Shown: positions 14,961 to 23,245 of the stretch, piece by piece
How positions within the stretch are numbered: the first letter of the stretch is position 1
Layout of the letters: every line of letters begins with the position of its first letter
NCBI GenBank assembly: GCA_045533905.1
Contig: JAZSIR010000019.1
Location: 1 to 23,245 of the forward strand
DNA from: Clostridia bacterium
GTDB taxonomy: Bacteria > Bacillota > Clostridia > UMGS1883 > UMGS1540
DNA: 23,245 nt
Reading direction: 5' to 3'
Made by a program: the position numbers and the translations under genes
The notes under the pieces: model-generated
The model's database searches: none
What the model was told of the DNA's origin: nothing
The model's input: only the letters and a program-made list of their open reading frames with translations

Positions 14961-15908
14961 GTGATTTCCTATCTTTTCTTCGTTGTTGTTCTCCCCGCTT
15001 GCTTATTTTATATCGTTGACTCTTTTCGGGAGAAAGCAAAAAAACTTTCCGAATGTGTCTCTTATATCGATAAATTCTCCTTGGCACATTCTGTTTTAGA
15101 GGAAAAATATGCCCTTCTGAAAAAGATGAAGAGCATCGTAAAGGATGACGTGGTCGTAGGGCGAGACGGGCTCCCGCGCCTTCTTTCCCCGGAGCACGAC
15201 TGGGGCTTTCCTTTCACCGTATATAAAACGCCCACGGGTCGCAAGCTGCACATCCTGTACGGATGCAACGGCGCACACGAAGCGCGGCATCTGTATACCC
15301 TGAAGGCAGACGAACTTTCCGAAGAAAATTTCTGCGGCCGTTGCAGGCATCTCCTCCCGGAAAAAATTCTCTCCTTTCTTATGCTGTACCGGGAATGCGA
15401 ACTTCACTTAGGAAGGATGGATTTTGCCTGCCGCTTCCTTGAAAAAAATCTTTTGCAATGCGACAAAGGCATTATGCGTCTCTGGTGCTACTGTAAAATC
15501 AAAAAGTACAAAAAAGAGCTCCTCCGCATGCGCGATGAAAAAGACGCGATGCAAAGTAAGCTCTCTATCATGTTTCGCAAAGGGTATCTTGGGCTTGAAG
15601 GCGCCGAATTTTACAGAGTGTGCTTCTCCCACACCTCGCCTGCCGGTACCAATCCGGAGGCTCCGTTTATTGCCGCGCTCCGTCCGGTTCCAAAGGTAGG
15701 CGAACCCGTCGGCACTTCCTATCACATCCTCCGCCTCGGCTTTCCAAAAGGCGGCTTCGTGGTTTACGACAATAACACTCCCCTCATAAGAGGAAAAGAA
15801 CATAAACTTTTGGGATTTGAAAAAGAAGAGAAGTATACACACTATGTGTATCTGGCAGAAGACAGTTTTAATCTTCTCCCCCCTTCTTCTACATACCCGG
15901 AAAAATAA
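14961..15908 (+). CDS. Membrane-anchored hypothetical protein with His/Cys motif
   Basis: GGAGG RBS, GTG start; N-terminal TM helix; VYKTPTGRKLH...C...CGRC. Confidence 0.65.
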   Translation: MISYLFFVVVLPACLFYIVDSFREKAKKLSECVSYIDKFSLAHSVLEEKYALLKKMKSIVKDDVVVGRDGLPRLLSPEHDWGFPFTVYKTPTGRKLHILYGCNGAHEARHLYTLKADELSEENFCGRCRHLLPEKILSFLMLYRECELHLGRMDFACRFLEKNLLQCDKGIMRLWCYCKIKKYKKELLRMRDEKDAMQSKLSIMFRKGYLGLEGAEFYRVCFSHTSPAGTNPEAPFIAALRPVPKVGEPVGTSYHILRLGFPKGGFVVYDNNTPLIRGKEHKLLGFEKEEKYTHYVYLAEDSFNLLPPSSTYPEK

Positions 15909-15930
15909 AACTGCAAAAGGAGGCTGCGCC

Positions 15931-17061
15931 ATGCCCATCACTAAGATAGACGGCAAAAAGAAATACGGCAAACAAGGATACCGCGTCCGCGTAAACTTCA
16001 CCGATGCCTACGGCAAGGCGCGACAGATAGAGCGCACCGTATATGGCATTGAAGAAGCTAAAGAGGCCGAACGCCAGCTCTCCTTGTCCTGCAAAGAAAC
16101 CACGCCTTCCGCACTTACGCTGGAGGCGCTTTCTTGCCGCTATTTCTCCTCGCAAAAGCACGAAGTGCGCGAGAGCACCCTTGCAAAGAACCGCTGCATT
16201 TTTGAAACGCACATCCTCCCGGCCTTGGGCGATACCCGCATTGATAAACTCAGCGTGAAAATTCTGGAGGACTGGAAAACTGCCATAAACGAAAAGGGGC
16301 TTTCCTTCTCTATGCGCAAGAACATCTATTCTGTGCTCCGCGCGATGCTAAATTATGCCGTGCGCATAGACCTTCTGCCGAAGAACCCCCTGCATCGCGT
16401 CGGCAATTTCAAGGATGCATATGAGAAAAAAGAAACGATACAGTATTATACGAAAGAGCAGTTTGTAGCTTTTATATCTGCCGCCTACGCCGATGCGCAG
16501 GAGACAGGCGATATGCGATACTACACCTTCTTCTCTACACTTTTCTATACAGGTGCACGCAAAGGCGAAGCAAATGCCCTAGACTGGTCTGATTTAGACG
16601 GCGATATTTTGCACATCGGCAAAAACGTGGTGCAAAAGCTGCAGGGCGATGACAGAATCACCCCTCCTAAAAACAAGGCATCCGACCGCACGCTTCAGGT
16701 TCCTGCTCCTCTCCTTTATGTTTTTGAGGAACAGAAGGCCTGGCAAAAGAAAAACGGTATATACAGCCGTCATTCTAAAATTTGCGGTGGATTGTCCTTC
16801 CTTCGTGATACGAGTATTGAAAAGAAAAATAAACAATATGCCGAAGCTGCCGGCCTTCCTAAAATCCGCATACACGACTTCCGGCATTCTCACGCCTCTC
16901 TTCTGGCAAACGAAGGCATCAACATACAAGAAATCGCACGTCGCCTCGGCCACTCCAAAATCGAGATGACGTGGAATACATATTCCCATCTGTACCCAAG
17001 AGAAGAGGAAAGAGCCGTCAAGCTCTTAAACCAAATTCCTCTTCCTAAAAAAGGAGAATAG
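15931..17061 (+). CDS. int: Tyrosine recombinase / phage integrase
   Basis: YTGARKGE (Arg), HDFRHSHAS (HxxR), RLGH and TYSHLY (Tyr); AAGGAGG RBS before MPITK. Confidence 0.96.
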   Translation: MPITKIDGKKKYGKQGYRVRVNFTDAYGKARQIERTVYGIEEAKEAERQLSLSCKETTPSALTLEALSCRYFSSQKHEVRESTLAKNRCIFETHILPALGDTRIDKLSVKILEDWKTAINEKGLSFSMRKNIYSVLRAMLNYAVRIDLLPKNPLHRVGNFKDAYEKKETIQYYTKEQFVAFISAAYADAQETGDMRYYTFFSTLFYTGARKGEANALDWSDLDGDILHIGKNVVQKLQGDDRITPPKNKASDRTLQVPAPLLYVFEEQKAWQKKNGIYSRHSKICGGLSFLRDTSIEKKNKQYAEAAGLPKIRIHDFRHSHASLLANEGINIQEIARRLGHSKIEMTWNTYSHLYPREEERAVKLLNQIPLPKKGE

Positions 17062-17078
17062 ATATGGAAAACAATATG

Positions 17079-17100
17079 TTTTCGGGGATTTTTCGGGGAT
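17079..17100 (+). repeat. Tandem 11-bp repeat TTTTCGGGGAT x2, probable integrase arm-type sites
   Basis: Exact tandem duplication between integrase stop and ssrA 3' end; inverted partial copy CCCCGAAAA at 17114-17122. Confidence 0.6.
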
Positions 17101-17109
17101 TAAAAATAA

Positions 17110-17133
17110 AAAACCCCGAAAAATCGAGGTTTT
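17110..17133. terminator. Terminator between integrase and ssrA
   Basis: AAAACCCCGA-AAAA-TCGAGGTTTT imperfect hairpin with A/T tails. Confidence 0.6.
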
Positions 17134-17142
17134 CTACCAATT

Positions 17143-17489
17143 TGGTGGAAGCGGCGGGAGTTGAACCCGCGTCCGAAAACATATTCACAAGAGCCTCTCC
17201 GAGCGCAGTTTGTGATTAAAATTCCCGCCTTTGCAAGTTCACAAACAACCTTACAAATTTGGTAGCTTCATTATGCATGCTTGCGGCAAAGCTTACGCAA
17301 GTCACGTTCACTGCTAAGTCACGCCCTGTCCCGCGCCGCAGTCCTCGCGGGCAAGACGGCAGCTTTTAATTAAGCTGCAAAAGCTAACTTATTATTGTCG
17401 CTTAATATTTAAGTTTGGGCTTTTTAAGAGGCGCCCGCCTCTGCTCGCTGCTCCGGCTGCAACATCCCCGTCGAAACCGTTACGCCCCC
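17143..17489 (-). ncRNA. ssrA: tmRNA; tag peptide (A)DNNKLAFAA*
   Basis: 5' GGGGGCGTAACGGTTTCGAC; 3' GACGCGGGTTCAACTCCCGCCGCTTCCACCA; G3:U acceptor pair; tag reading frame 17399-17370. Confidence 0.96.
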
Positions 17490-17533
17490 ATACAGAAGCT
17501 GCTTTTAAAAAGCAGCTTGTAGAGAATTCAATT

Positions 17534-18424
17534 TTATTTTGTATCCGAAGATACGATTTCCCGAATACCGGCGGCAAGCCCTGCAATCCCCTGCATATCC
17601 GAAGGGATAATGAGCTTTGTGGCCTTGCCGTCTGCCACTTTCTCAAGTGCTTCGAGACTTTTAATCGTAAGGTACGCCTTGCCGGGATTCGCTTCGTTAA
17701 TCATACGAATACCTTCCGCACGTGCCTTTTGCACCGTGATAATCGCTTCCGCTTCACCTTCTGCCTGGCGGATTGCCGCTTCGCGTTCCGCTTCCGCACG
17801 AAGGATAGCCGATTCCTTCTCACCCTCTGCGACCAAAACGGCCGATTTCTTTTCACCTTCCGCACGAAGGATGGCTTCGCGGCGTTCGCGTTCTGCCTTC
17901 ATCTGCTTTTCCATCGCATCCTGAATTTCGCGCGGCGGAATGATGTTTTTGAGCTCTACGCGGTTGATTTTGATACCCCACGGGTCAGTCGCTTCGTCCA
18001 AAATGGCGCGCATTTTCGTGTTGACCGTATCGCGCGAGGTGAGCGTTTCGTCAAGCTCCAAATCGCCGATGATATTACGAAGCGTGGTGGCGGTCAAATT
18101 TTCAATCGCCATCATCGGGCGTTCTACGCCGTAGGTGTAAAGCTTCGGGTCGGTAATCTGAAAATACACAACCGTATCGATATGCATCGTTACGTTGTCC
18201 TTTGTAATTACAGCCTGCGGTTCAAAATCCACAACCTGTTCTTTTAAATTGACACGTCTTGCAATCTTATCAAAGAACGGGAGCTTAAAATGGAAGCCTA
18301 CATTCCATGTGGCCTTATAAGCACCCAGGCGTTCAATGACAAACGCGTATGCCTGCGGCACAATTTTGATGTTGCCGATTACGACTAAAAATGCGATGAT
18401 AATAATCCCTGCCAATACAGCCAT
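17534..18424 (-). CDS. SPFH/band 7 (stomatin-like, QmcA-type) protein
   Basis: IVPQAYAFVIERLG, VITKDNV, TTLRNIIG, MEKQMKAERERR; start reassigned to MAVLAG, coupled to nfeD stop. Confidence 0.95.
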   Translation of the reverse strand: MAVLAGIIIIAFLVVIGNIKIVPQAYAFVIERLGAYKATWNVGFHFKLPFFDKIARRVNLKEQVVDFEPQAVITKDNVTMHIDTVVYFQITDPKLYTYGVERPMMAIENLTATTLRNIIGDLELDETLTSRDTVNTKMRAILDEATDPWGIKINRVELKNIIPPREIQDAMEKQMKAERERREAILRAEGEKKSAVLVAEGEKESAILRAEAEREAAIRQAEGEAEAIITVQKARAEGIRMINEANPGKAYLTIKSLEALEKVADGKATKLIIPSDMQGIAGLAAGIREIVSSDTK

Positions 18425-18858
18425 TACACATTCTCCTTTCTTTCGACAACGGCACGGACACCTTTTATGTCCTTTACCAAAACGCTTACGCCTTCCGGCA
18501 GCACTTCGCCATTTACCGATGCGGCCGACCAAGTCATACCCATCACGCGAATCTGCCCTGTGCCCTCTATGGCATCTATGGTTTCTGTCACGATGCCTTC
18601 GGCGCCAATAATTCTGTCGGCGTTTGTGGGCGTTCTTTTAATTTCCATCTTCCGACGCAAATACGGCAAAAGAAAGGCGAGCAAAAGACCGGATACGAAA
18701 AAGAATACCGAAACCTGCACCGGAACCGATGCGCCGAGCGCCGCAAGCAAAAGTGCCGCAAGTGCACCGGCGGCAAACCAGATGCTTACAATGCTTTGTG
18801 TGGCCGCTTCCAAAAGAAGCATTAAAACCATCAAAATTGCCCAAATCCCCATTTGCAT
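18424..18858 (-). CDS. NfeD-family membrane protein (short form)
   Basis: TM helices then TNADRIIGAEGIV...GQIRVMGMTWSA OB domain; canonical partner upstream of SPFH gene. Confidence 0.92.
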   Translation of the reverse strand: MQMGIWAILMVLMLLLEAATQSIVSIWFAAGALAALLLAALGASVPVQVSVFFFVSGLLLAFLLPYLRRKMEIKRTPTNADRIIGAEGIVTETIDAIEGTGQIRVMGMTWSAASVNGEVLPEGVSVLVKDIKGVRAVVERKENV

Positions 18859-18878
18859 CGTTATCACCTCACGATACA

Positions 18879-18907
18879 AGTATAGCATATTTTATGCTTT
18901 CTGTCAA
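18879..18907 (-). promoter_or_regulatory. sigma70 promoter of nfeD-SPFH
   Basis: TTGACA-17 nt-TATACT with TG extension. Confidence 0.75.
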
Positions 18908-18911
18908 GAAC

Positions 18912-18940
18912 AAGACGCAGCCATAAAAAGGCTGCGTCTT
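18912..18940 (-). terminator. Terminator after the 682-aa gene
   Basis: AAGACGCAGCC-ATAAAAA-GGCTGCGTCTT, 11-bp perfect stem. Confidence 0.7.
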
Positions 18941-18954
18941 TAGTATCTCCTCGA

Positions 18955-21003
18955 TTATTCAGCGTATACGCGAATATTGTGTACACACGGAGTATTGCCG
19001 GTGAAGCGGTCAAAACGGATGCGAACGGTATCTTCCTTGGCAAGATACGGAATCTCAACCTCTACGGTGCCGCCGTTTGCTTCTTTCTGTACGGTGTGCT
19101 TTTCGTCGCCGATGGTGACGCGAATGTCTACCTTGTCGCAAAGATGCGCGCCGAAGACGAGCTTGATTTTGTTTTCTGCGCCGCGCTTTACCGCGATTTC
19201 ATAGCTGAACCAACCGTGGGTGTTAATGGTGCTCCAATCCGTGCCCCTGCCTGTGCCGGGGATTCTGTAGATGCTCTCATCGGAAACATAGGTATCGCTG
19301 AAGTTTACTTCCTTCTGGAGCTTATGGCCTTCCATAGCGCTGCCGCAGATTACGAAGTCTACAAGATTTTCTTCCTTCTCTATTTTTTCTGTAAGCATAC
19401 GCTCGGTGCGGAAGTTCTGGCGGATTTCGTCTACAAATGCGCCGATAAAGTCCACCTTGCGGCTTTCGCCAAACGTTACGGCGTTGAGGCAGTAGAATTC
19501 ATCACCGACAACTTCTGCCCCCTCTTTTGCCCAGGCAAGAAGCTCGGAAAGTGTAGCTTCGAGTTTTTCTTCATAGGCGGCATCGCGTGTTTCGAAGAAG
19601 CGTACATAGTTTAAGAACACATGCGTCATTGCGTTCCAGATCTTTGCTACATACTTAAGGTTAATAAACTTAATGTGCAGGCTTTCGTAAGCGGCGGCTT
19701 CCATCTTATCTTTAAGGCTTACAAGCTTTTCGTATGCCTTGGTGGCCACTTCTACCGCGTGCTTCTTTTCTTCAAGTACGCCTTCGATACTGCCACGTTC
19801 CCAGCCGATCGGAATGAACCATTCATTCGAAGCGATGGCATAGTCGCCGCGCATCATTTCAAAATAGAAGTGGTTTTTCGAGTGGTTTACGTTCGGGAAT
19901 GCGCTAAGCTGGCTGTAGTAATACCCTTTTAGCCAAATGATTTCGCGAAGAATCTGTTCTGTGGGTTCCATAACCTCGCGCACTTCGCGGCCAATGCCCG
20001 GATAGTTCTTTTCAAAGAAAGCGTCCACTGCGGCGTCTACATCCTCACCGCGCATGCAGGCATTGATAATATCGATGTTTACTTCGTTTACGCTACCAAA
20101 GGGATCAAGACCCCCGCGGTCAATACGCGAAACGTAGCCTACAGGTTTAAAGCCTTCGCAATAGGCAAACTTATCGATAATGTGCTGGCGAAGCATTAAG
20201 GGCAGTCTTCCCTTACCGAAGAATTCGCCGAAAATGTCGGTTTCTACAAAGAGGGGATTATTCTTGATTTTATGGTAGAACTGGTTGTGCGGGAGACAAA
20301 GGCTCCAGTCAAACTGCGTCCATTTATCCATAATAACAAGGTCTTTCGAAATGCTTTCGTACGCCTTTGTCATCATATCATAGTCTTCTGCAACGCTTGC
20401 GAAGGGGCGCACGATGAGTTCTTTCCCGAGGCGCTTGCAAGCGTTATAGAGAATTTCCGTTACATACTTTACGCGCTCCACCTTGCCGAGTTTCTGATTC
20501 TGCAGGCGCAGAAGTGGTACCTTTGTTTCGTGCAGCGTGAGAATAATGCCGTCCATATAGGGATAGGCAAAGAAAAAGTCTTCAATGCGGTTTTCAAGAA
20601 AATCGCGTACAATCGGGTGTGTAACCTCGATGTCATTATCGCTGTTTAAAATTTCGGGGTATGCTTCTTCAAAGCCGGTGGGAAGATCGAGCTCGTGATG
20701 CCAGAAATACATCTTAATGCCGGCCTCATTCGCCCGCTTGCAGCCGATATTGACGTGCTCGAGGCAAAGGTTCATATACGCTTCGTCTTTGGTGTTATTG
20801 AACTGGCTATATTTGCGGTACGGCGTCATACCGTCAATGTTGCCCTTCAAATAGTCATGAATGGGGCCGATAAGCTGAATATGCGTCATACCGTTTCGGA
20901 TAGCGTAATCTACCGTGTACAGAAAATATTCCGGATCTACATCCACGGGATTGCAAACGGAAATACCGCGCACCATGTCGCGCCCTTTTATCGTATCGTT
21001 CAT
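18955..21003 (-). CDS. Hypothetical protein, possibly glycoside-hydrolase-like (barrel + C-terminal beta-sandwich)
   Basis: 682-aa ORF with own promoter (TTGTCA-17-TATACT, 21064-21036); alternating alpha/beta N-terminus; family not recognised with certainty. Confidence 0.6.
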   Translation of the reverse strand: MNDTIKGRDMVRGISVCNPVDVDPEYFLYTVDYAIRNGMTHIQLIGPIHDYLKGNIDGMTPYRKYSQFNNTKDEAYMNLCLEHVNIGCKRANEAGIKMYFWHHELDLPTGFEEAYPEILNSDNDIEVTHPIVRDFLENRIEDFFFAYPYMDGIILTLHETKVPLLRLQNQKLGKVERVKYVTEILYNACKRLGKELIVRPFASVAEDYDMMTKAYESISKDLVIMDKWTQFDWSLCLPHNQFYHKIKNNPLFVETDIFGEFFGKGRLPLMLRQHIIDKFAYCEGFKPVGYVSRIDRGGLDPFGSVNEVNIDIINACMRGEDVDAAVDAFFEKNYPGIGREVREVMEPTEQILREIIWLKGYYYSQLSAFPNVNHSKNHFYFEMMRGDYAIASNEWFIPIGWERGSIEGVLEEKKHAVEVATKAYEKLVSLKDKMEAAAYESLHIKFINLKYVAKIWNAMTHVFLNYVRFFETRDAAYEEKLEATLSELLAWAKEGAEVVGDEFYCLNAVTFGESRKVDFIGAFVDEIRQNFRTERMLTEKIEKEENLVDFVICGSAMEGHKLQKEVNFSDTYVSDESIYRIPGTGRGTDWSTINTHGWFSYEIAVKRGAENKIKLVFGAHLCDKVDIRVTIGDEKHTVQKEANGGTVEVEIPYLAKEDTVRIRFDRFTGNTPCVHNIRVYAE

Positions 21004-21101
21004 ATATGTACACTCCCTACATCAAAGTTTTCTTTAGTATATCACGAATGCCAAGTTTTGACAAGTCTTTTTTCCGCGTGCATAGTTTTTTGAAAAAAGG
21101 C

Positions 21102-21130
21102 TTGCTTTTTAGAAGTGCGCGTGCTATACT
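21102..21130 (+). promoter_or_regulatory. sigma70 promoter of tRNA-Val
   Basis: TTGCTT-17 nt-TATACT with TG extension, 12 nt before the tRNA. Confidence 0.7.
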
Positions 21131-21142
21131 ATATATGCTTTT

Positions 21143-21219
21143 GGAGGCATAGCTCAGCTGGTTAGAGCGCTCGCTTCACATGCGAGAGGTCGTAGGTTCA
21201 AGTCCTACTGTCTCTACCA
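21143..21219 (+). tRNA. tRNA-Val (anticodon CAC)
   Basis: GGAGGCA/TGTCTCT acceptor, AGCTCAGCTGGTTAGAGC D-arm, CTCGC-TTCACAT-GCGAG anticodon arm, GTTCAAG T-loop, encoded CCA. Confidence 0.97.
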
Positions 21220-21223
21220 TAAT

Positions 21224-21266
21224 AGCGAGATGATATTACTGTCAGTAGTGTCATCTCGCTTTTTTA
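21224..21266 (+). terminator. Terminator after tRNA-Val
   Basis: AGCGAGATGA...TCATCTCGCT stem followed by a T run. Confidence 0.75.
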
Positions 21267-21436
21267 TGCGGTTTTTCGAGGTTTTAAGTTCAAAATTTTT
21301 CGAGAACAAATTTGTTACTGTCAATAGTATTTTTGAAAGATTTGAACCCTCACCCTAAATTCAATATCAATTTCAAAGCACAGAGTAAATTTTCTACTCT
21401 GTGTTTTTTTATTTGAATTTAAGGAGGAAAACTTTA

Positions 21437-22252
21437 ATGAAACTAAATGGAAACTTCACTATTATACCTAACGAATTTATTAACGACCCGAGACTCGATG
21501 TATATGAATTTCGTATCCTTTGTTACCTGATGAAATTATCAGGATGCAACTCTTCCTGCTACCCCTCTTACGAAACTATCGCAAGAGAAACCGGAATGAG
21601 TTTATCAAAGGCAAAGAATGGAATTAAAAATTTGATTGAATACGGAATAATTACCAAAGAGAACCGAGAGAAAAAGTTCGGAGGTGCTGCAGCAAATCTT
21701 TATGTGGTGTGTGTAAAAATCATCGATGAAGATGATGAGGTTACAGAAAACACTACCGACAGTATTCCTGATGACTCACCCTCTGGTGTGTCTGAAGAAC
21801 GAGGTGGTGTTCAAGATGACTGCAATAAATATATAAATAAAAATATTAATTATTTTATTAATAACCATCTATCATCAATAGAAGATTTGATGGATCGTGC
21901 AGAAACATATGAACTGAATGGACTGACAAAGAAGAATTATGAATCGGCTATTGAGATTATGTTTAATTCAGAATCAATTTCGGTTGGCGGTGAAATTATT
22001 CCCCGTGAAATTGTTCGCAGGCGATTAGAAAATATCAGCTACGAGCATATCGTCTATGTCGATAATAATATGCTGAGGAAAATTGTTAACGGCAAGGTTG
22101 AAATTCAAGTCAGAAGTCCTGTTCCATATATCATAACTGCTCTATATAATGCACTCCGATATACGGCAGATGAAATTGTAAAGATGGAATACGGAGATGA
22201 TGTATCTGCTGACCTCTTCCGGAAGGAGGATGACGATGAGATATTTATATAA
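21437..22252 (+). CDS. HTH_36-type replication initiator-like protein
   Basis: AAGGAGG RBS; FTIIPNEFI...CYPSYETIARETGMS...LIEYGII winged-HTH pattern, acidic linker, helical C-terminus. Confidence 0.7.
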   Translation: MKLNGNFTIIPNEFINDPRLDVYEFRILCYLMKLSGCNSSCYPSYETIARETGMSLSKAKNGIKNLIEYGIITKENREKKFGGAAANLYVVCVKIIDEDDEVTENTTDSIPDDSPSGVSEERGGVQDDCNKYINKNINYFINNHLSSIEDLMDRAETYELNGLTKKNYESAIEIMFNSESISVGGEIIPREIVRRRLENISYEHIVYVDNNMLRKIVNGKVEIQVRSPVPYIITALYNALRYTADEIVKMEYGDDVSADLFRKEDDDEIFI

Positions 22253-22667
22253 TCAGCAAAACAAATTCGGGAATTGTTTTATACTTCCCAATTCCATTAT
22301 GCAACTGGATTTAAGTCCACTCGCTCGGCTGATATATTTCTATCTCATCTATATTGAGGACAGAAAAACTTATCAGTGCTATCCGAGTTACAAAACTATT
22401 GGTAAAGCTCTTAAAATAAAAAGCATAACTACCGTTGCTAAATATGTAAGGGAGCTTGAAGATAAGTGTTTAATCTATACTGAACCAACAGAAATAATTC
22501 TGAAAAATGGTAAAAAACAAAATGGCAATTTGAAATATACAATCAGGCCTATCCAAGATGCCGTTGAGTATTTTCATCAGCAGCAGATGAAAAAGTTTCA
22601 GGAAGATTTAGCTCGGGAAAATGCTAAAAAAATGCTTGAAGAATATGAAAAAAAGCATCCAAAATGA
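22236..22667 (+). CDS. HTH_36-type DNA-binding protein
   Basis: GGAGG RBS; FILPNSI...QCYPSYKTIGKAL...TVAKYVRELEDKCLI; overlaps the end of the previous gene. Confidence 0.75.
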   Translation: MRYLYNQQNKFGNCFILPNSIMQLDLSPLARLIYFYLIYIEDRKTYQCYPSYKTIGKALKIKSITTVAKYVRELEDKCLIYTEPTEIILKNGKKQNGNLKYTIRPIQDAVEYFHQQQMKKFQEDLARENAKKMLEEYEKKHPK

Positions 22668-22805
22668 ACTGCATAAAAATTATTTTTCTGTCACATAAAG
22701 TAGCTGATACCCCCTATTAAAATCTGTTAAACATTAACCAAAGAAAAGTGGTTTTTGATTTTCGGCAAAATGAGAACGACTGTGACAGAGAATTATGAGA
22801 AGAAA

Positions 22806-23155
22806 ATTCTGGGGTAAGGTAGTTACCCTACTCAAGAAAGATAACCTCGTAATTCATCGTGTGACAAATAGGTTTGAAACCTAAAAATCGATTTTAAGTG
22901 AATATATCGAATAGATGTATCCGTGTTTGAAAACAAAACATATTCGGTAAAGGGTTTACCCCTCCTGAAAAGATACACCTCTCGAATACGGCATATATAT
23001 CGGCATTGAAACAACATATGCGTTTGACAAGGGGTTAAGCAGGGGTGTTAGGCATACAACTATTCGGGGTAAGGTAGTTACACCACTCTGAAAAGTTAGC
23101 CTCTCGTATCCGCCATATAAACCGCATAGTAAGCCCTTAAAATCGATTTGAAAGA
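22806..23155 (+). repeat. Three degenerate ~120-135-bp tandem units
   Basis: GGGGTAAGGTAGTTAC exact at 22811 and 23066; diverged TATTCGGTAAAGGGTTTACC at 22941; AAAATCGATTT in units 1 and 3. Confidence 0.6.
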
Positions 23156-23245
23156 ACAAACGAAGGTACAAGAAAACACCTGACGGGGCGCCCCGAGGAA
23201 CGAAAAGTACGAGAAAATGATAGAAACAGGATAAAGCTTGGTGCG

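Larger units (their letters stand above)
1..17142. mobile_element. Temperate prophage (right part; continues beyond left window edge) integrated at 3' end of ssrA
   Basis: Integrase adjacent to the tmRNA 3' end, CI-like repressor with divergent Cro-like genes, SSB/Rep, capsid, fibre-like and amidase genes in lysogeny-early-late order. Confidence 0.93.
21220..23245. mobile_element. Probable integrative element downstream of tRNA-Val (partial)
   Basis: Visible shift to AT-rich sequence right after the tRNA; replication-type HTH genes; no recombinase within window. Confidence 0.55.

Noticed and set aside
17392-17646. 84-aa ORF
   Set aside because: Overlaps the tmRNA 5' half and SPFH 3' end; spurious.
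18955-21003. Specific glycoside hydrolase family assignment
   Set aside because: No diagnostic motif recognised by eye; needs dbCAN or HHpred.
22806-23155. CRISPR array
   Set aside because: Repeats are degenerate, the period (~120-135 bp) is too long, the intervening sequences resemble each other, and no cas genes are visible.
22832-23171. Two short minus-strand ORFs
   Set aside because: They lie in the repeat-rich non-coding region and lack RBS or protein-like features.

Overview
Bacillota (Clostridia-like) chromosomal window with three parts. (1) 1-~17140 is one arm of a temperate prophage integrated at the 3' end of the tmRNA gene (ssrA, 17143-17489, minus strand). From right to left it carries a tyrosine integrase, a membrane/Zn-motif protein, an XRE-S24 CI-like repressor, several Cro-like HTH genes and small peptides, a YneA-like LysM protein, a frameshifted PemK/MazF gene, an inverted hicAB cassette, SSB, an HUH rolling-circle-type Rep, a putative late regulator, scaffold/capsid/adaptor genes, two fibre-like genes and a truncated amidase. 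No terminase, portal, tail tube or tape measure gene is visible in the window. (2) 17143-21219 is host core: ssrA, an SPFH/NfeD pair, a 682-aa hypothetical protein and tRNA-Val(CAC). (3) 21220-23245 is an AT-rich element after the tRNA with two HTH/replication-like genes and degenerate ~125-bp repeats. The most striking observation is a ~105-bp element present twice (11054-11158, 12145-12248) inside two unrelated phage ORFs. It is translated without a stop, and only its minus strand can fold into hairpins built from repeated tandem G·A pairs, making it a candidate coding-sequence-invading structured mobile element. All family assignments come from motif recognition by eye; no searches were run.
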